Source of the DNA: Octopus bimaculoides
Lineage: Eukaryota
Assembly (NCBI RefSeq): GCF_001194135.2
Contig: NC_068981.1
Location: forward strand, 59,868,172-59,932,171
Length of the DNA: 64,000 bases
Direction: 5' to 3'
Shown here: positions 23,331-36,501 of the stretch, piece after piece
How positions within the stretch are numbered: position 1 is the stretch's first letter
Layout of the letters: each line of letters begins with the position of its first letter
Notes under the pieces: generated by a model
Seen by the model: the letters and a program-made list of their open reading frames with translations, nothing else
What the model was told of the DNA's origin: nothing
Databases searched by the model: none
Made by a program: the position numbers and the translations under genes

Positions 23331-23781
23331 TAACAACAAACAAGATGAGGACAAATATCCGTCATATGTAAATAATGTACATAATCCTTCATCTCTTAAA
23401 TATAGAACTGCATTTGTACCTAGAGTAGAAAAAAAGTTTATGGTCACGTGAACTGAACCAGTAATACGAAGTATCGGAGTATATCATAAGATCAGCATCA
23501 GATACAATATACATACCATCGAACATTCAAGCAGCAGGCCGGCATTATTGACGTTGAAAGTCTCTTTATTTTCTTCTGTTACATTATAAATTACTTCCTA
23601 ACGTCATAAGTTCAAGAGCTTTTAATTTTCATATTCTCCTTCATACTAACATAGCACTTCATAATTTGAAGCTGTAGATTGAACGTAAGTCCTCCAAAAG
23701 AAGTATATATCAGAAAATAAACATTTACACTATTCATTTCTTGAATTGTTTAAATTTCTCTCGTCGTATAAATAAAACAAA

Positions 23782-23862
23782 TCATGTGGCCATGGAGTCG
23801 GCATTTAATGCAGGAACCAAGCAAATAATCAATGCGTTAAGCATAAATGCGTTACTTAAATT
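23782..23862 (-). CDS. Candidate terminal exon (NLSNAFMLNALIICLVPALNADSMAT*)
   Basis: Very strong acceptor gttctcttttctgtttcag, open frame to TGA, and AATAAA about 210 nt downstream. No homology recognised. Confidence 0.22.
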   Translation of the reverse strand, partial: NLSNAFMLNALIICLVPALNADSMAT

Positions 23863-24959
23863 CTGAAACAGAAAAGAGAACTGACATTTTCATCAAACTT
23901 CTTGAAAATATCGATTTAGGACGTAAGATATGTCACTTAGCATGATATAGAGATATAAAATAAAATTCAGTTTATTTAGTGATATTTCAAATTATTTCAT
24001 AAGTGATTATTGACTACGTTGAAATCATTTGCAACTTGTTTTACACGTACTTAAAAATATTAAGTAGAATTAAACAGAATATTCTTTTAGTTTATTTTTC
24101 ATTTGTACAACACCTTTTCTTTTTGTAACAGTTGTCAAAGAACTGAGGAGAATAGAAAAACAAGCTAACAAACCATTAAGAAACATTAGTATCAGACAAT
24201 CGCGATGACAGCTAAATATTCATACATGATTACTGCCCTAATTTGTTTACACTATGATTAAATTTTGCGACAATAATAACACTACTACAGGTATCGAACA
24301 TATGGAGAGAGAATAGTCGATTATATCGAATTCAGTCATTCATAAGTACCTTATTTTATTAATCTTAAAAAGATTTTATGACGAATTTGACTAGCCGAGA
24401 TTCGAACTCACAACGAAATGACCATTAATTAACGTGGCAAAGTAAATAGAGCATGAATTATTATACCTAATTATCCCCAGATTTTTTTGGAAGCGTTTTG
24501 AACAACTTCATAGTGTTTGAAGATATTTGGGAAAAAGTTGCCGAGAGGATGCAAAATGTTGGTCGGTCGGTGTGAGAACTGGAAAGTTGACTAGATAAGG
24601 TGAAATAGGTGAAGTTCTATAGTACCATTAGCTAAAGTGCAACATTTTTACTTGCAAGATATCTGTTCAGGTGTTGCGGGTTATAGAAATGGTCTTTTGT
24701 GGTTCCCCACTTTTGGTGCATTTTGCGGTTCCCCATTTTTGGTACATCTCTCAATAGTTTCTCTGCTATGTTGGCTTTGTCAAGATTACGGGAAGAAGAA
24801 TGGATGGTTCAAATTGACAACCATCAAGCGGCATTTATTTTCGCAAAATATGAATAGCTTTTCAACTATGAAATGAAATTTCTGTAACATTTCTCACAGG
24901 CTGAATATATTGGATCTTTACTCTTTGAAGGGCACATCGAGAAATTAATTTTTTGTAAC

Positions 24960-25295
24960 TAAATACTTTCAAACTTCGGACACTGGTAGAATGTCATATA
25001 AAACATCTTTTACTCTTAGTGTTGTTGAGAAAAGTTTATATTGTCAAAGTTATCTAATGTTAAAGTTGTCGTATTTCGGTAATTTCAACCAGTCAATGAC
25101 GTGTATTCAACTGAATAAAATTACTGCTGTTATTTATCAACAACAACTTCCGGCGGTGTATATTTCGTTTGTCACTGTTATTTATGACATATTTCATCTC
25201 AGTTACGTTTGTATGAATAAACGAGTGTATCTGAAGCATGTTTACTTCATGGCACCACTACAATCGTTCGTGCATTTCTACTGCTTTTACTGGGT
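24960..25295 (+). repeat. Unclassified dispersed repeat flanking a telomere-like array (homolog at 48730-48985)
   Basis: Shared blocks such as aagttgtcgtatttcggtaatttcaacca, aattactgctgt, tcaacaacaact and atcgttcgtgc. Confidence 0.8.
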
Positions 25296-25369
25296 TTTTT
25301 CTCCTGTTTTTCAGCTACTAAGACATTTTACCACCCACCTCCAATTTCTTCCTTTTTCACATTTTTCCG

Positions 25370-25743
25370 TAACTCTAACCCTAAAACCCCAACCCTAACC
25401 CTAACCATAAACCCCCAACCCTAACCCTAACCGTAACCATAAAACCTTAACCCTAGCCCTAACCCTAAAAACCCAACCCTAACCCTAAAACACTAACCCT
25501 AACCCTCAACCCTAACCCTAACACTAACTTTAAAACCCTAACCCTAACCCTAAAACCCTAACCCTAACCTAACCCTAAAACCCTAACCCTAACTCTAAAA
25601 CCCTATCCCTAAACCTAAAACCCTAACCCTGACTCTAAAACCCTAACCCTAACTATAAAACCCTATCCCTAACTCTAAAACCCTAACCCTGACCCTAAAA
25701 CCCTAACCCTAACCCTAACGCTAACTCTAAAATCCGAACCCTA
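25370..25743 (-). repeat. Interstitial telomere-like array (TTAGGG/TTTTAGGG) with a 20-bp higher-order unit
   Basis: CCCTAA and CCCTAAAA units. CCCTAACCCTAACTCTAAAA is repeated about 6 times at 25581-25700. Confidence 0.95.
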
Positions 25744-27169
25744 ATAAACTTGAGAATTTAAAAAATGTATGATAAAAAAATCATTAAATAAGTTTAACGT
25801 TTCATGAGAAGTAATATGAGGATTTATTAAGGTTGCTTCCATATGAGCTTTAGTGAAATGACATGGATTCAGACGAGATTCGAAACCAGACATTCGATTC
25901 TGCTTTCAAGATGTTTAGCTTTAAAAGCAAGATTTATAGTTATAAATGATATATTAAGTCTGAAACTAGTGCTGAATCGGAACTGAATGCTTTTAATGCA
26001 CTGAGAAAAACAATGAATTTTCCATTTCCTCTTCTTCATTGAAATATAGATCTTAGTATGTACTAAAAACAATATCTATAAATCTTTAGAAATCTTTTTT
26101 CTTTCTTTCTCATTATTCTTGTCTCTTTCTCTTTCGCTGTCTGTCATCAATATTCTCTTACTGGCTATCTCTTAATAGCAGCTTCCGCTTCTTAATTTCA
26201 ACAGTTACCCTCTTTTCTTTTACTAGTTTTTCCTTTCCTTTTGTTTGATTTCCAGATGATTTACTACTCACACATGCACATGGATAAAAGAAAAATATAA
26301 CTGCTTTCTGAGTATATGAGATTCATTTCTTTTTTTTAGTCCACTTTGTTGAAAGTTTAAAGAATCGATGTCTTTTACTGTTATTTATTACCAATAAGCA
26401 TATAACTCTTAAACATTTAGTATTCAGATTACTCTGTCGAATGTAATGCTTATTTATTCGTATTGTTTTGAATTTATCATACTTTATCTCATAACTCCGA
26501 GATTTTGATTATGGGATTTTCTATACTTTTAGAATAACGTAGTCGAGTAAACGCGAGAGACCTCGTTGGCTTGATCATAAAACAAGTAGAATATTTGGGT
26601 CGAATATCGTCATTTTAAATGCAAAAAGGATTATATCCACGAAATAATAAATGTAGTTAATTTCTGGTAATTAACTGGCTATTTCATGAATTTCAGTGTA
26701 TAATAATCAATTTTATCGCTCTTTCCACATTAAGCGTTCAGATCCCATTTAGATTAACTCTGTTTTTCACCCTTCGGATTTTTTCTGTTAGTGTTAGTTT
26801 TCAGTTCTTTTAATTTTGCTCGAATTGTTATCAGATATGTTGTGTTGATGGAGTTTTGTATACTAATTATGGAAAGGAAATTTATGTTCGCATTAAATTA
26901 ATAAATAAAAAAGTTAATAAATTTTAAAGTTTGCAACGTTTGGCTAATTTTAGCCACTCAAAAGCCACAGACGTTGGTATCCGTTCCCACAGTAACAAAC
27001 CAAAATGTCGTCTTCTTAAACTCCAGCTACGTGTATTGTCTGTACTTGTCTATTTTCTTTGACAAGTTCTTGTTTTCTGAACGTTTGTCCTAATTATTTG
27101 TGTCATGTTCACCCGTGCTTTTTGATAACTTTCAACAGTGTTTCCTGGGACCATTTCAACTTAAATTAA

Positions 27170-28030
27170 TCCCTTATGACTACAGCCAACTCATTTAACC
27201 TTTCGAATATCATAGAGAAATTGAAAGTCGAGGAAGACGCGGTTTCTTACTTGCAAGAGAAGGTTGTTATCCCTAAAAGAAAGTTATGTACTAAAAAACA
27301 CTATATGCACAAGAAGATTCGTCACGAGGAAATTTACTGGCAGTGTTCCCGGAAAGGATTCAACGAGTGTGTGTGTGGGGGTCAGAAAAACACTCGGCTG
27401 GAAGGTGCTTCCCTTCCTATTAGCATATTGCCTTTTTTACTTTACTCATGGATCAAGGTATTGATTTCAATCCTATTTTGTATTGAAGAACTGGGGATGA
27501 GCCACTGCACAGCTGTTGATTACAACAGCTATGTTCGTGAAATAAGTGCGGAAGACTTCCTCCGCAACCCAGTCCAAAAGAGCAGCTCTGAGAAGATTGT
27601 TCAAATACACGAAACAGTTTTTTTAAGGCATAAATATAATGGAAGAAGGGTCTTTGCTACATGAACAGTGTGTTTACGGAGGTGTGTTGCGAGGCCAGAA
27701 ATATTTTTATGTATGTGGTGCCATGTCGGAATCGCGATACACTAGAGGAATGTATACGTCAGTCAGTTCTTCCAGAAACCACAATTTTCAGTGAGTTGTG
27801 AAGGGCCTACTGTCACATTCCTGAAATTGATGGTTGTAATTTTCGACATAGAACAGTGAACAACAGTGTTGAATTTATTAACTCAAAGTTGGTATCCACG
27901 CGCAACAAGTAGAACAAAGCACGTGGGTCTGTAAAACGATGGAATAAACAATGAATCCAACCTATGGAACCGACATTTCTATGGCTGACTCGTATTTCTG
28001 TGACATTTTGTGGCGTAGGAGTTAAGAAAA
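27170..28030 (+). mobile_element. Merlin (IS1016/ISXO2-like) transposase remnant
   Basis: YWQCSRK..TRLEGASLP..LLYSW, IVQIHETVFLRHKYNGRR, QCVYGG, VPCRNRDTL..SVLPETTIFSE..RAY, RHRTVNNS and DSYFCDILWRR correspond to Merlin DDE motifs. TIRs were not located. Confidence 0.85.
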
Positions 28031-29189
28031 TTGTAATTTATTTAAAGAGAAACTCGTAAACTGAATTTCAAACTTTGGTTTTTGAATTTTCGCTACAAAA
28101 ATATAATAATCTTAAATATTTACATGAACTGAACTACATTAACGTGCAGTTTGTATTTTTGTAATTTTTTTGCATGAAAATGAAGAAAACATTCATGCCT
28201 GTTCCAACATTTCACATCATTTTATTCATTAAAACTTATAACTTCAAAATTCTTACACGTTTGTCGCCGTAATGCGATCATAGACAACAATCACGTACAA
28301 AACGCCAGCTTCTAAATCCTGTTTTCTGATTCGGTTAAAATGATCAAACTTCAACTCTCTGTAACATTTTTCTGAATCAATTTTTCGGGAACAAGTGAAT
28401 ATCAAAATCAGATTCAGCATAAAATATGATATCTTTATACCAAATTTGAAAATTTTCACTTAATTTTAAAATTTCGAAAACTATGACAGCAACAGAAAAG
28501 ATTCCATCTTTCTGACGTCAATAAAATCAATGTTAATCTTTATTTGGTTTAGTTCCATTTATTGTTTTTCTCTTCTCGAAATATATGACCTTTGTTAAAG
28601 CACTATGCACATTAAACTATTTACAGTCCACAATACTTACTAAGAATATGAATATGTTTGTTTTTGGTGTGAGAAAATTTTGTAATATTTGAATAGCTTA
28701 CCCTCACCTCATAAAGTTACAACATTTAATGCCCTTTCCTTTTAAGATTAGCGTATAATTTAATGAAGATTTGACTGCTATTTTCTCGCAAGTCGAACTA
28801 TCACGTCGATGGGTATATTTCTGTCTCCGGTGTTTTGACATAAGTTATAAATCAATTGCTCTATTAGTTAGTAGCAAGAACCTCAATACAGTTTCTGCTA
28901 CTCATTACAGAATTATGTAAAACTCTCTGGTGTCCATTTCATAAATTTTGCTACCATTAAAAGGAATATAGTGTGACAGAATTTGCATATTTTTCCTGTC
29001 ATATATCCTACATTTGCGTATTTGTAAGTTTTATTTTCAATGGAAACTTTACTGGATTCATGGTCGAATTTTATTGTTAGTGAGACATCGGTCACTTAAC
29101 CCCAGAAGAATTATATTAGTAAAGTAATCAAACATTTCAGATGATTTTGTTGTATCCGGTTATCTTCCTCTTTACCGGAAGGACTCTCG

Positions 29190-30845
29190 CAATCATATTG
29201 GGCGTCTTTGCTCGTGTCAATCTTCCCATCGTTCGTGACGAAGATTTTGAGGATCCTCCGCTGTCTTTCATGGGTTTTAGACATTCTCTTCTGCACTCAA
29301 CTAGCTAATTGTTCTTTCTCTATCATTCTCCATCTTCCAAAAATTGTTGTTATACGGTCTGTTTCTGACAGCATCGATAAGGCTCTCTTGTTTCATTACT
29401 GTGCTAATATATTCATCTTTGGTGATTTCAATATGCACCATGAAGAGTGGCTTAAGTTTTCTCATAACATTAGTGCATCTGGCATTGAAGTGTATAATTT
29501 TGCACTTTCTCAATCGCTCACACAACTCGTTGATTTTCCTATTCGCATTCGTGATTATGATGACCAATCTACCTCCCTCCTTCATCTTCTTTTGGCATTA
29601 AATCCTGATATCTGTAAGGTTTGTCATGATTCTCTACTCGAGGGATCTGATCATGTTGTTGTTTCAGTTGACGTTTTACTTCCAAGGGGTCTCCTCTTCA
29701 TCGTACTCTATTCAGTTATGATCGTGATGACTGGAAAAATTTTCGCGACTTTCTTCGTGACGTTCCTTGGACCGATATTTTTGCTAAATCTGCTGAGGCC
29801 TGTGCTGGGGAAGCTACTATTGGGATTTACGTTAGTATTGACCCCTTCATACTATCTCGGAAATACTAGCTGAAACCGCATTCTTCACCCTTCTGCAGTA
29901 AATAAACAGATTTTCACGAATGCTCGCAATCACTATGGGGCTGTTATTTGTGATGCTAAATCAGATAACGAGCAGCACATTCATGATCGTATATCATACT
30001 AGAAAGTAGGCATCGTAACTTTTGGAGAATTATTAAAAATGTTAGAGGTAACAATAAGTCTTCTATTCCTCCTTTATTCGACGGACCTGAGGTCTTGATA
30101 ACATCAAATGATAAAGCAGAGCTCTTTGCTCAACTGTTTAGTTTTCACTCTATTCTCAATAACTCTGGTCATCCAATCAAGGTTGTTCTTGATGGTCAAT
30201 CTTCATTTAGTTATTCTATTAATGCTGGGGTTCCTCAAAGATCTGTCCTGGGCCCAAATATCTTTCTTCTTTTTATCAATGATCTGCCTGATCATATCCT
30301 CTATCAGCTAGTAAGCTGATAACTCTACTTTGTACTCTTGTTTGGACAAATCTAACGACTTGTCTGATGAGGTTGAGATCGCTGCAACCTTGAGAATGTT
30401 CTTCGATCTATTATTGTTGAGTGAGGTAGGAAATGGCTTGTAATGTTCAATCTATCGAAAACTAAACCTCTTTCAATTAATCGCTTCAGACAGCCTTCCT
30501 TGCCATCGGTTTCGATGGATGGTATTGATTTACCTGAGAGTAGTTCTCTTCGTCTCCTAGGAGTGACTTTCTGTAATGATTTTTCTTGGAAGATTTACAT
30601 TGAATTTGTTGCCAAATCGGCTGCTATGAAGATAGGCTTACCCCTTCGTTCGAGGGGTTATCTCACTCCTGAGACTATTCTTTATCTTTATAAGTACACC
30701 ATTCTCCCTACATTGAGTACTGTTGTCACATGTGGGCAGGTGCTCTTGCAGATTGCTTAACTCTGTTGGACCTCATTCAACGCCGTATTTGTAATGCTAT
30801 TGGTCTTGATATATCTTCTAAATTGGATCCACTCTCATCGTTACT
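29190..30845 (+). mobile_element. CR1/L2-group LINE remnant (APE endonuclease plus partial RT)
   Basis: FIFGDFNMHHEEW, LTQLVDFP, GSDHVVV, INAGVPQRSVLGPNIFLLFINDLP, FNLSKTK and LRLLGVTF. RT domains 0-3 are deleted at about 30175. Confidence 0.9.
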
Positions 30846-31949
30846 TCTGAAGAGAAAGGAAGGGACATACGATAATATATTCTGACATAATTCCAAGAAA
30901 CGTGTTGGTCTTTGCTGGAAAGACTTTGTTTAAAGATATTCTTAATCAAACTTGAAGTGAGATTAAAAAACAACGTGTAGAAAACAAACTCCCGAGTAGT
31001 GGAGTGCTGGGAAGGAAAACCGATTAAGGGAAATGATTAATGCAAGTCCAAGTCGCTCGGACTCATTAAAATGACAAAAAGAGAGATTGTTGTTTTTAGC
31101 GGGTTTGAGTGAAGGTGATATGCAAAGGGTTATTCAGGTAATCAAAGATTCTAATAGTAATGATATTAGTCGGGCCAGAATTCAATAATTTCTTTATAAT
31201 ATTTAATGTATTTTGATGCATCTAATAATCATCTCACATCTAACATATCTTATTATATCGGGCAAGTTAGCAAGGATCTTTAGGCAAGCCATTAGTTAAG
31301 TATTCACTTCTGCAGTTTGCGCTTCCAGAATTCTTTCTAAATTGAAACTAACATTTTTCTCATATTTGTTGTTGTTATTCTTCTGAGTAATCAGATTATT
31401 GTCGTTCTCATAAAATGATGCTTCCGAAACTATACTATTAATGTGCCATTTTGGTTTAAGATGATAGCGAATGCTTTTAGTGAGAATTTGCTAATATTTC
31501 TAGGAGGCCAAAAGAGCATGTAGAAGCTCCCTCGTTGCCTTGTGTTCTTGCTATTCTTGCTGCTGCTGTCGTATTGTTGTTAGTGCTTGTAACTATAAAT
31601 TAATCCTTAGAGAGACAGCCATGTGTTGACGCTTGCTTTTTGCTTTTAATTCTGTTATAATTACCAGTTTCAGTAAAACTGGGAATTTCCATCAACACCA
31701 TCATTGAATGAGCTATCTTGAAGGTATGACAAGCAAAAATACTTTAAAATTTATCTAAAATGATGATGAACTCAAATCGAAATATTATCACTTCGATTAT
31801 ACTGCAATTAAACAGTAAAACAACTGCAAATTCACTAAAGACATGTATTTACAATAGTAACACATGCATGAACTCCATGTGATCACTTGACCTGTTAGAA
31901 ATAACAGCAGAATCTTCTTTAAAGCGTATTTGACTGTAGAGGATAAAGA

Positions 31950-32670
31950 AAGTGTATGAAAATGTAGAATTATATGCCACTAAAAGGTGCATTAATCGCA
32001 ACTTAAAAACCTTTGGTTATAGATTTGTTCGATCAGCGTTGATGTGAAGCTAATCATCGATAATATCAAAAATAATAAAAAAACAACAGTGTCAACTACA
32101 ATTGCGAAATTCAGTAGTGGCTTTTCCCAGAAGTGCCAGGTAATATAAAATTAGATACGAAGAGAATCCCAACGTCAGAAATAAACCATTTAAGTGTTCA
32201 AAGACTCCATAAAAACAAGTGCAGTTCATTCTTGCAGTTGACGAAAACACTGATATTATTAAGTGCTCTCTATATGTATGGCTTTAATCCCCAGTGAAAA
32301 ACAAAGGTCTAACAAAGTGATATTAGAACAGAACGGAAGCGCTGGAACGGTTCAGATCTATACAGTACTTGAGCTCTTTTATTTCCTAGTTAATATTCTC
32401 CGGTTCTGATATTTATTTTGAAGACTGTGGGGAAGTGGTTTTGAAACTAACTCTGAGTGATAAGACCAAAACGGCTCAACTTGAAAACCTTAGTAGATAG
32501 ATTAATGCATGAGAGTAAAGTATAAGTAAGAAGGTTGTTTCAGTGTCCTGCTATTCTGATGGTCAAGGATAATTTAAAGTGCTTAAGGTGAACAGAGGTC
32601 ATTGAAATGAAGAACTCTGCCTAAAGTGAAAATGGCACACTGCTTGATATTTTAGCGAGTCTGAAAATAT
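31950..32670 (+). mobile_element. Possible hAT (SPIN/Buster-like) transposase remnant
   Basis: FILAVDENTDI resembles FSLAxDESTDI and a downstream HCLIF resembles HCIIH. Highly decayed. Confidence 0.4.
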
Positions 32671-33579
32671 AAAAAACACAGAAGAAACCACTGTGTCTGT
32701 ATGGTAGGACTTATGATACATTTCTGAAGAAGTATTTGCCAATCTTCCGAATGGTCACTTGGAGGTGAAGTATCGTGCATATAGCTAGTAACGTGGTGCG
32801 GAATAATATAATGAGTTCTCTAATATGTGCCACACTTCACTCTTATATAGAAAATTTGCTGACGTTCAAATCTATAATTTCTTTTAACCTTTGATAGGAA
32901 GTCTGCTTTTTTAGTCTACATTATTATCAATGTCGTATATGACTACACATAATAAAATATTCTCAACATTGTGAAACCAAACTGTTGAGTATTTATTTGT
33001 TTCATAGTTTATGAATATGGATACACTGTAAGTGATGTTCAGTGATCGTAACCTGCTCTGTTGAAATAATGTGCAGAAAAATTCACTCGTAGCAAGTTAT
33101 CAATAGTAATTTATCTACAAATCATTCACCGATTAACAACAGCCTCGCCTGATGAGACGAAAATAAATATGTAGAAAAGAATAAAAAGGCGCGTTGTGAA
33201 CTCCGAACTTAACAAGTATATGATCCAATATGTCAGATTCATAGTTCATAACTATTTTTATGAATGTTTTCAACTGTCAGTAAATTGGATAATCAGTCAC
33301 TCGTTCGAACATGAATTTACGAACTGAAGAATTGTTAGTCTGTAGGCGGCTATCAGTCAAAACTAGACAGAATTTTCACGTACGAAAACTGGAATAGATT
33401 GGCCTTTACCCCTAGAAAATAGGATCATGTATTTGTTCGTGGAAGACATATTGGTATTGTGAAAAATGACTTATTTACTAGACTATGACACCTTAGTGAG
33501 CAGAATTAAGGAACAAAAAATAGAACCAACTGTTAATACGTGTTTAATGTTGTTGATAACAGGTCGTACAAAATGCTTA

Positions 33580-33750
33580 GCGAAACTTCTTCCGGTTTCA
33601 AATGCATTGAAAATCGACTCTGCCTTTCATCCTTTCGGGGTCGATAAAATAAAGTACCAGTCAAGTGCTGGAGTCGTTAAAGTAGACTTCCGGTCCCCTC
33701 AAAATTGCTGGCCATGTGTCAAAATTAGAAGGGATATTAATAGTACTAAG
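33580..33750 (+). mobile_element. tRNA-derived SINE, Meta-domain type (partial)
   Basis: Contains cgactctgcctttcatcctttcggggtcgataaaataaagtaccag and the family 3' tail. Confidence 0.85.
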
Positions 33751-34870
33751 TAAGCCATAATCAAGCAAACATATCGTCGAATGTGTTCCAGCCCCCACTA
33801 TCCAGTAATTTTGCGTCTCAGGGGCTGCATTGTACCATATGTTATTATTTTTCATGTCGGATTACTTCAAGAGATGAGTGGCTTCGATTTTTAGCACGTT
33901 AACTTTCTATTTTACGGCTCCTTCATTAAATTGTTTCCCTTCTAAAACGGTAAAGAAGAGAGTTAGAGACTAGGCCGATGTGAAAAATTTAACACAACTT
34001 TAAATAATATTCATTTAATTTAAAGTTTAAAGACGCTTGTGATTAGTTCAAAATGGAAATATTTCAAGAAAGAAATAACAAATAAAAAGAATACCCTTAA
34101 TGATGCTAACATTTATTAACATCTAAACTGACAATTTAGTTGTCATTAAACGTGCCATGCATATTCAAAGGAAGTTGGCGAGCACATCCGGGCGATATCC
34201 TTAGCTTGTCACCTTTAACTAATATCAGTACCACGAACAACAAACAACAAAAAGGGCAATAATAATGACGAGGAGGAGGAAGAGGTGGATTTTTGAATTT
34301 TGCTGTCAGAAGCTATATTTTTTTGTGTGAATGAAATTATCTAAGTTGTATCGTTGCCAACACTTGGCTGTTGTTCGTTTTACTGACACCGACAGAATGA
34401 AAGACAAAGAAAATGGTAATAATTTAGTAACATTTCTAATATTAATAATGAATCGTCACAAATTTTTAAGAACTGAGTGTAATAACTTAAATCGAAATAA
34501 ATCATTATTATGTATTTAGTCACGCGTACAGCTGTTATCCTATAGAAATGACGAGCAAAATCAACGACCTTGGAGTATATAAATAGACAAAATATATGAA
34601 AAACAAGTGGCGAAACTAAGTATATTGCATCATTATAATTATTTGAATCCAAGCAATTATACTTATTATCACATAAACTGTGAGTTGGTTGAAACAAGGG
34701 TGCTTTAGATAACATTTTCAAGAACCTAGCGTCCATTGACGAAATAATGCGTCTAGATTCGACTTCTATTATGATTTGCTATATCTTTCTTCCTCTAATG
34801 AAAAGTACTTTTTTATCAAGACTTAATGTCTCTTTTCATTTGATATGGTTTGGTTGTTATTTAATTCAAG

Positions 34871-34901
34871 TACCGCGGAATAGCTCACCTCAGTACCGTT
34901 C
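34871..34901 (+). CDS. Candidate exon (xPRNSSPQYRS), phase-compatible with 36447-36501
   Basis: Acceptor ttgttatttaattcaag and donor GTAAGT. Confidence 0.25.
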
Positions 34902-35429
34902 GTAAGTTGTTCACTTGGGTGTTTCACCCTGGATTTCTGGTGATGGCTGATCGCATATACTCACAGACTCTGGTTTTCAATAAGACTAGTCGGACACCAT
35001 ATTTGTGATACTTAAGGAGATTCACATGGATTAGTTTGTGCATATGCGCAGCATAGAAGAACGTTGCATAAATATGTTTCTACTTTACAAACTGGCTTCA
35101 ATGTGGCTTATGTAACTGAGCTGTAAGATATTTGTGCAAAAAGATCTTCAATTCAAAGTACATTAAAAGTGAGTCATGGGAGGACATAGCATGAAAATGT
35201 TTATCCTGGAAACATATAAGGGCAGGGATTGAAAAATTAGTGGATTTTATATATCATTTGCAAGTACTAATATGACAAATGTGGATGAAGTCAGCTACAC
35301 ATGATGACTCAGACTTCATCGGTAATGAGTGCAATAAGGACTACCAGACACAATCATCGCATTCGATGCACCAGGATGATAAAAGCATACAAAAACAGAA
35401 GAGAATGGGAAAGATGACATTCCTATTAT

Positions 35430-35466
<37 letters not shown>

Positions 35467-36446
35467 TGTGTGTGTGTGTATTAGAGAGAGAGAGAGACCG
35501 ACGACAATGGCGATGTGACACTCTTTCTGTTATAGGTGTGACAGTTGGAAGAGATTCCAATAAAAATGATGAGAAACAAAATGGAAATATTTTGCGATTT
35601 TGAAAAATTTACCCAAATGGTAGTAATGAAAAAAAATTATCATTAATATAAAAATAAGACATAAAATATTAATTACAGAGTTGACATATATGAAAATGAC
35701 TGCTATAAAGATTCGTCAAACAAACCCCAACTCTCTTGTGACCATTTGCTCATCATCACCCCAAGAGTTTGACACACTAATAGCAAAAAAAAACAAAACA
35801 AACAAACAAACAAACAAAAACAAAAGAAACATTCTATGAAGTGAAGCAATTACAGTTTATTGATTTCTCCACCACATATGCACCGACACAAATATGTGAA
35901 AAAACACTCATTTAATTCACAAGGCTTCCAGTCAGTGCAACACTACCGTATAACATGAAAATATACAACCTAAATTACAAAAATTAAACAATCAACGATA
36001 CAAAATACAGGAACGATCTCAAACACTGCAAACATAATATAAAGTAGGAGTAAAAATCAGTATCAAGAAGCTATATGAAAAGAAAAACAAAGAGAAACAG
36101 AAAGCTGTCAAGCATGTCTTCGACAAGGATTATAAAACCTAAGCAAAACAAAGCATTATATAAAACAAGTAGAATCAACAACTTTTACATCAATCACAAT
36201 AAATTATATGTTAAAACAGCAATTTGAAGTTATCTCTGCAATTTATTAATTTGTTTCTTTTTATTATTTGAGTTATTGAGCTTCTGTTACGTCGGGGAAC
36301 TGTCTTGCAATGTAAATACACTACTCAACATATCTTTAAGTAAACTTATGTAAACCACAATAACAGCACACTCAGAATAGAATCTTAAATCATTCAGTTT
36401 CTTTTCCGACGTCGAATACGTGTTATTTTGAATTTTCCACTTTTAG

Positions 36447-36501
36447 TGCCTACATGGCCATATTGAGAGAAGAGCGCATGACTGCATACGGTCCATGGTG
36501 T
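36447..36501 (+). CDS. Candidate exon (AYMAILREERMTAYGPWC)
   Basis: Acceptor ttttccacttttag, donor GTATGA, and a GC-richer open frame within AT-rich flanks. Confidence 0.28.

Larger units (their letters stand above)
21322..23411 (-). mobile_element. Penelope-like element (RT + GIY-YIG) with direct and inverted pseudo-LTRs
   Basis: Minus-strand YGLPKIHKHDIPLRPIVS, LDVISLFTKVP, CLPYVKGLS and VYSIPCSCG..EEHRKA..SGIADH..IIDREHHW. The terminal repeat is on minus at 21490-21695 and on plus at 22882-23411 and 21392-21489. Confidence 0.92.

Noticed and set aside
23011-23411. CRISPR-like repeat-spacer pattern
   Set aside because: There are only two long (about 167-bp) units in a eukaryotic retroelement and no cas genes. 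No CRISPR array was seen anywhere in the window.
25370-25743. True telomere or chromosome fusion point
   Set aside because: The array is short, degenerate and internal, has no head-to-head junction, and is linked to a dispersed repeat.
31330-31620. Gag-like Q-rich reading on minus
   Set aside because: Many stops, and no LTR, PBS or downstream pol motifs.
35279-35518. 79-aa ORF with a GATGAAGTC/GACTTCATC hairpin
   Set aside because: It runs into (AG)n/(TG)n, and a 9-bp stem is expected by chance.
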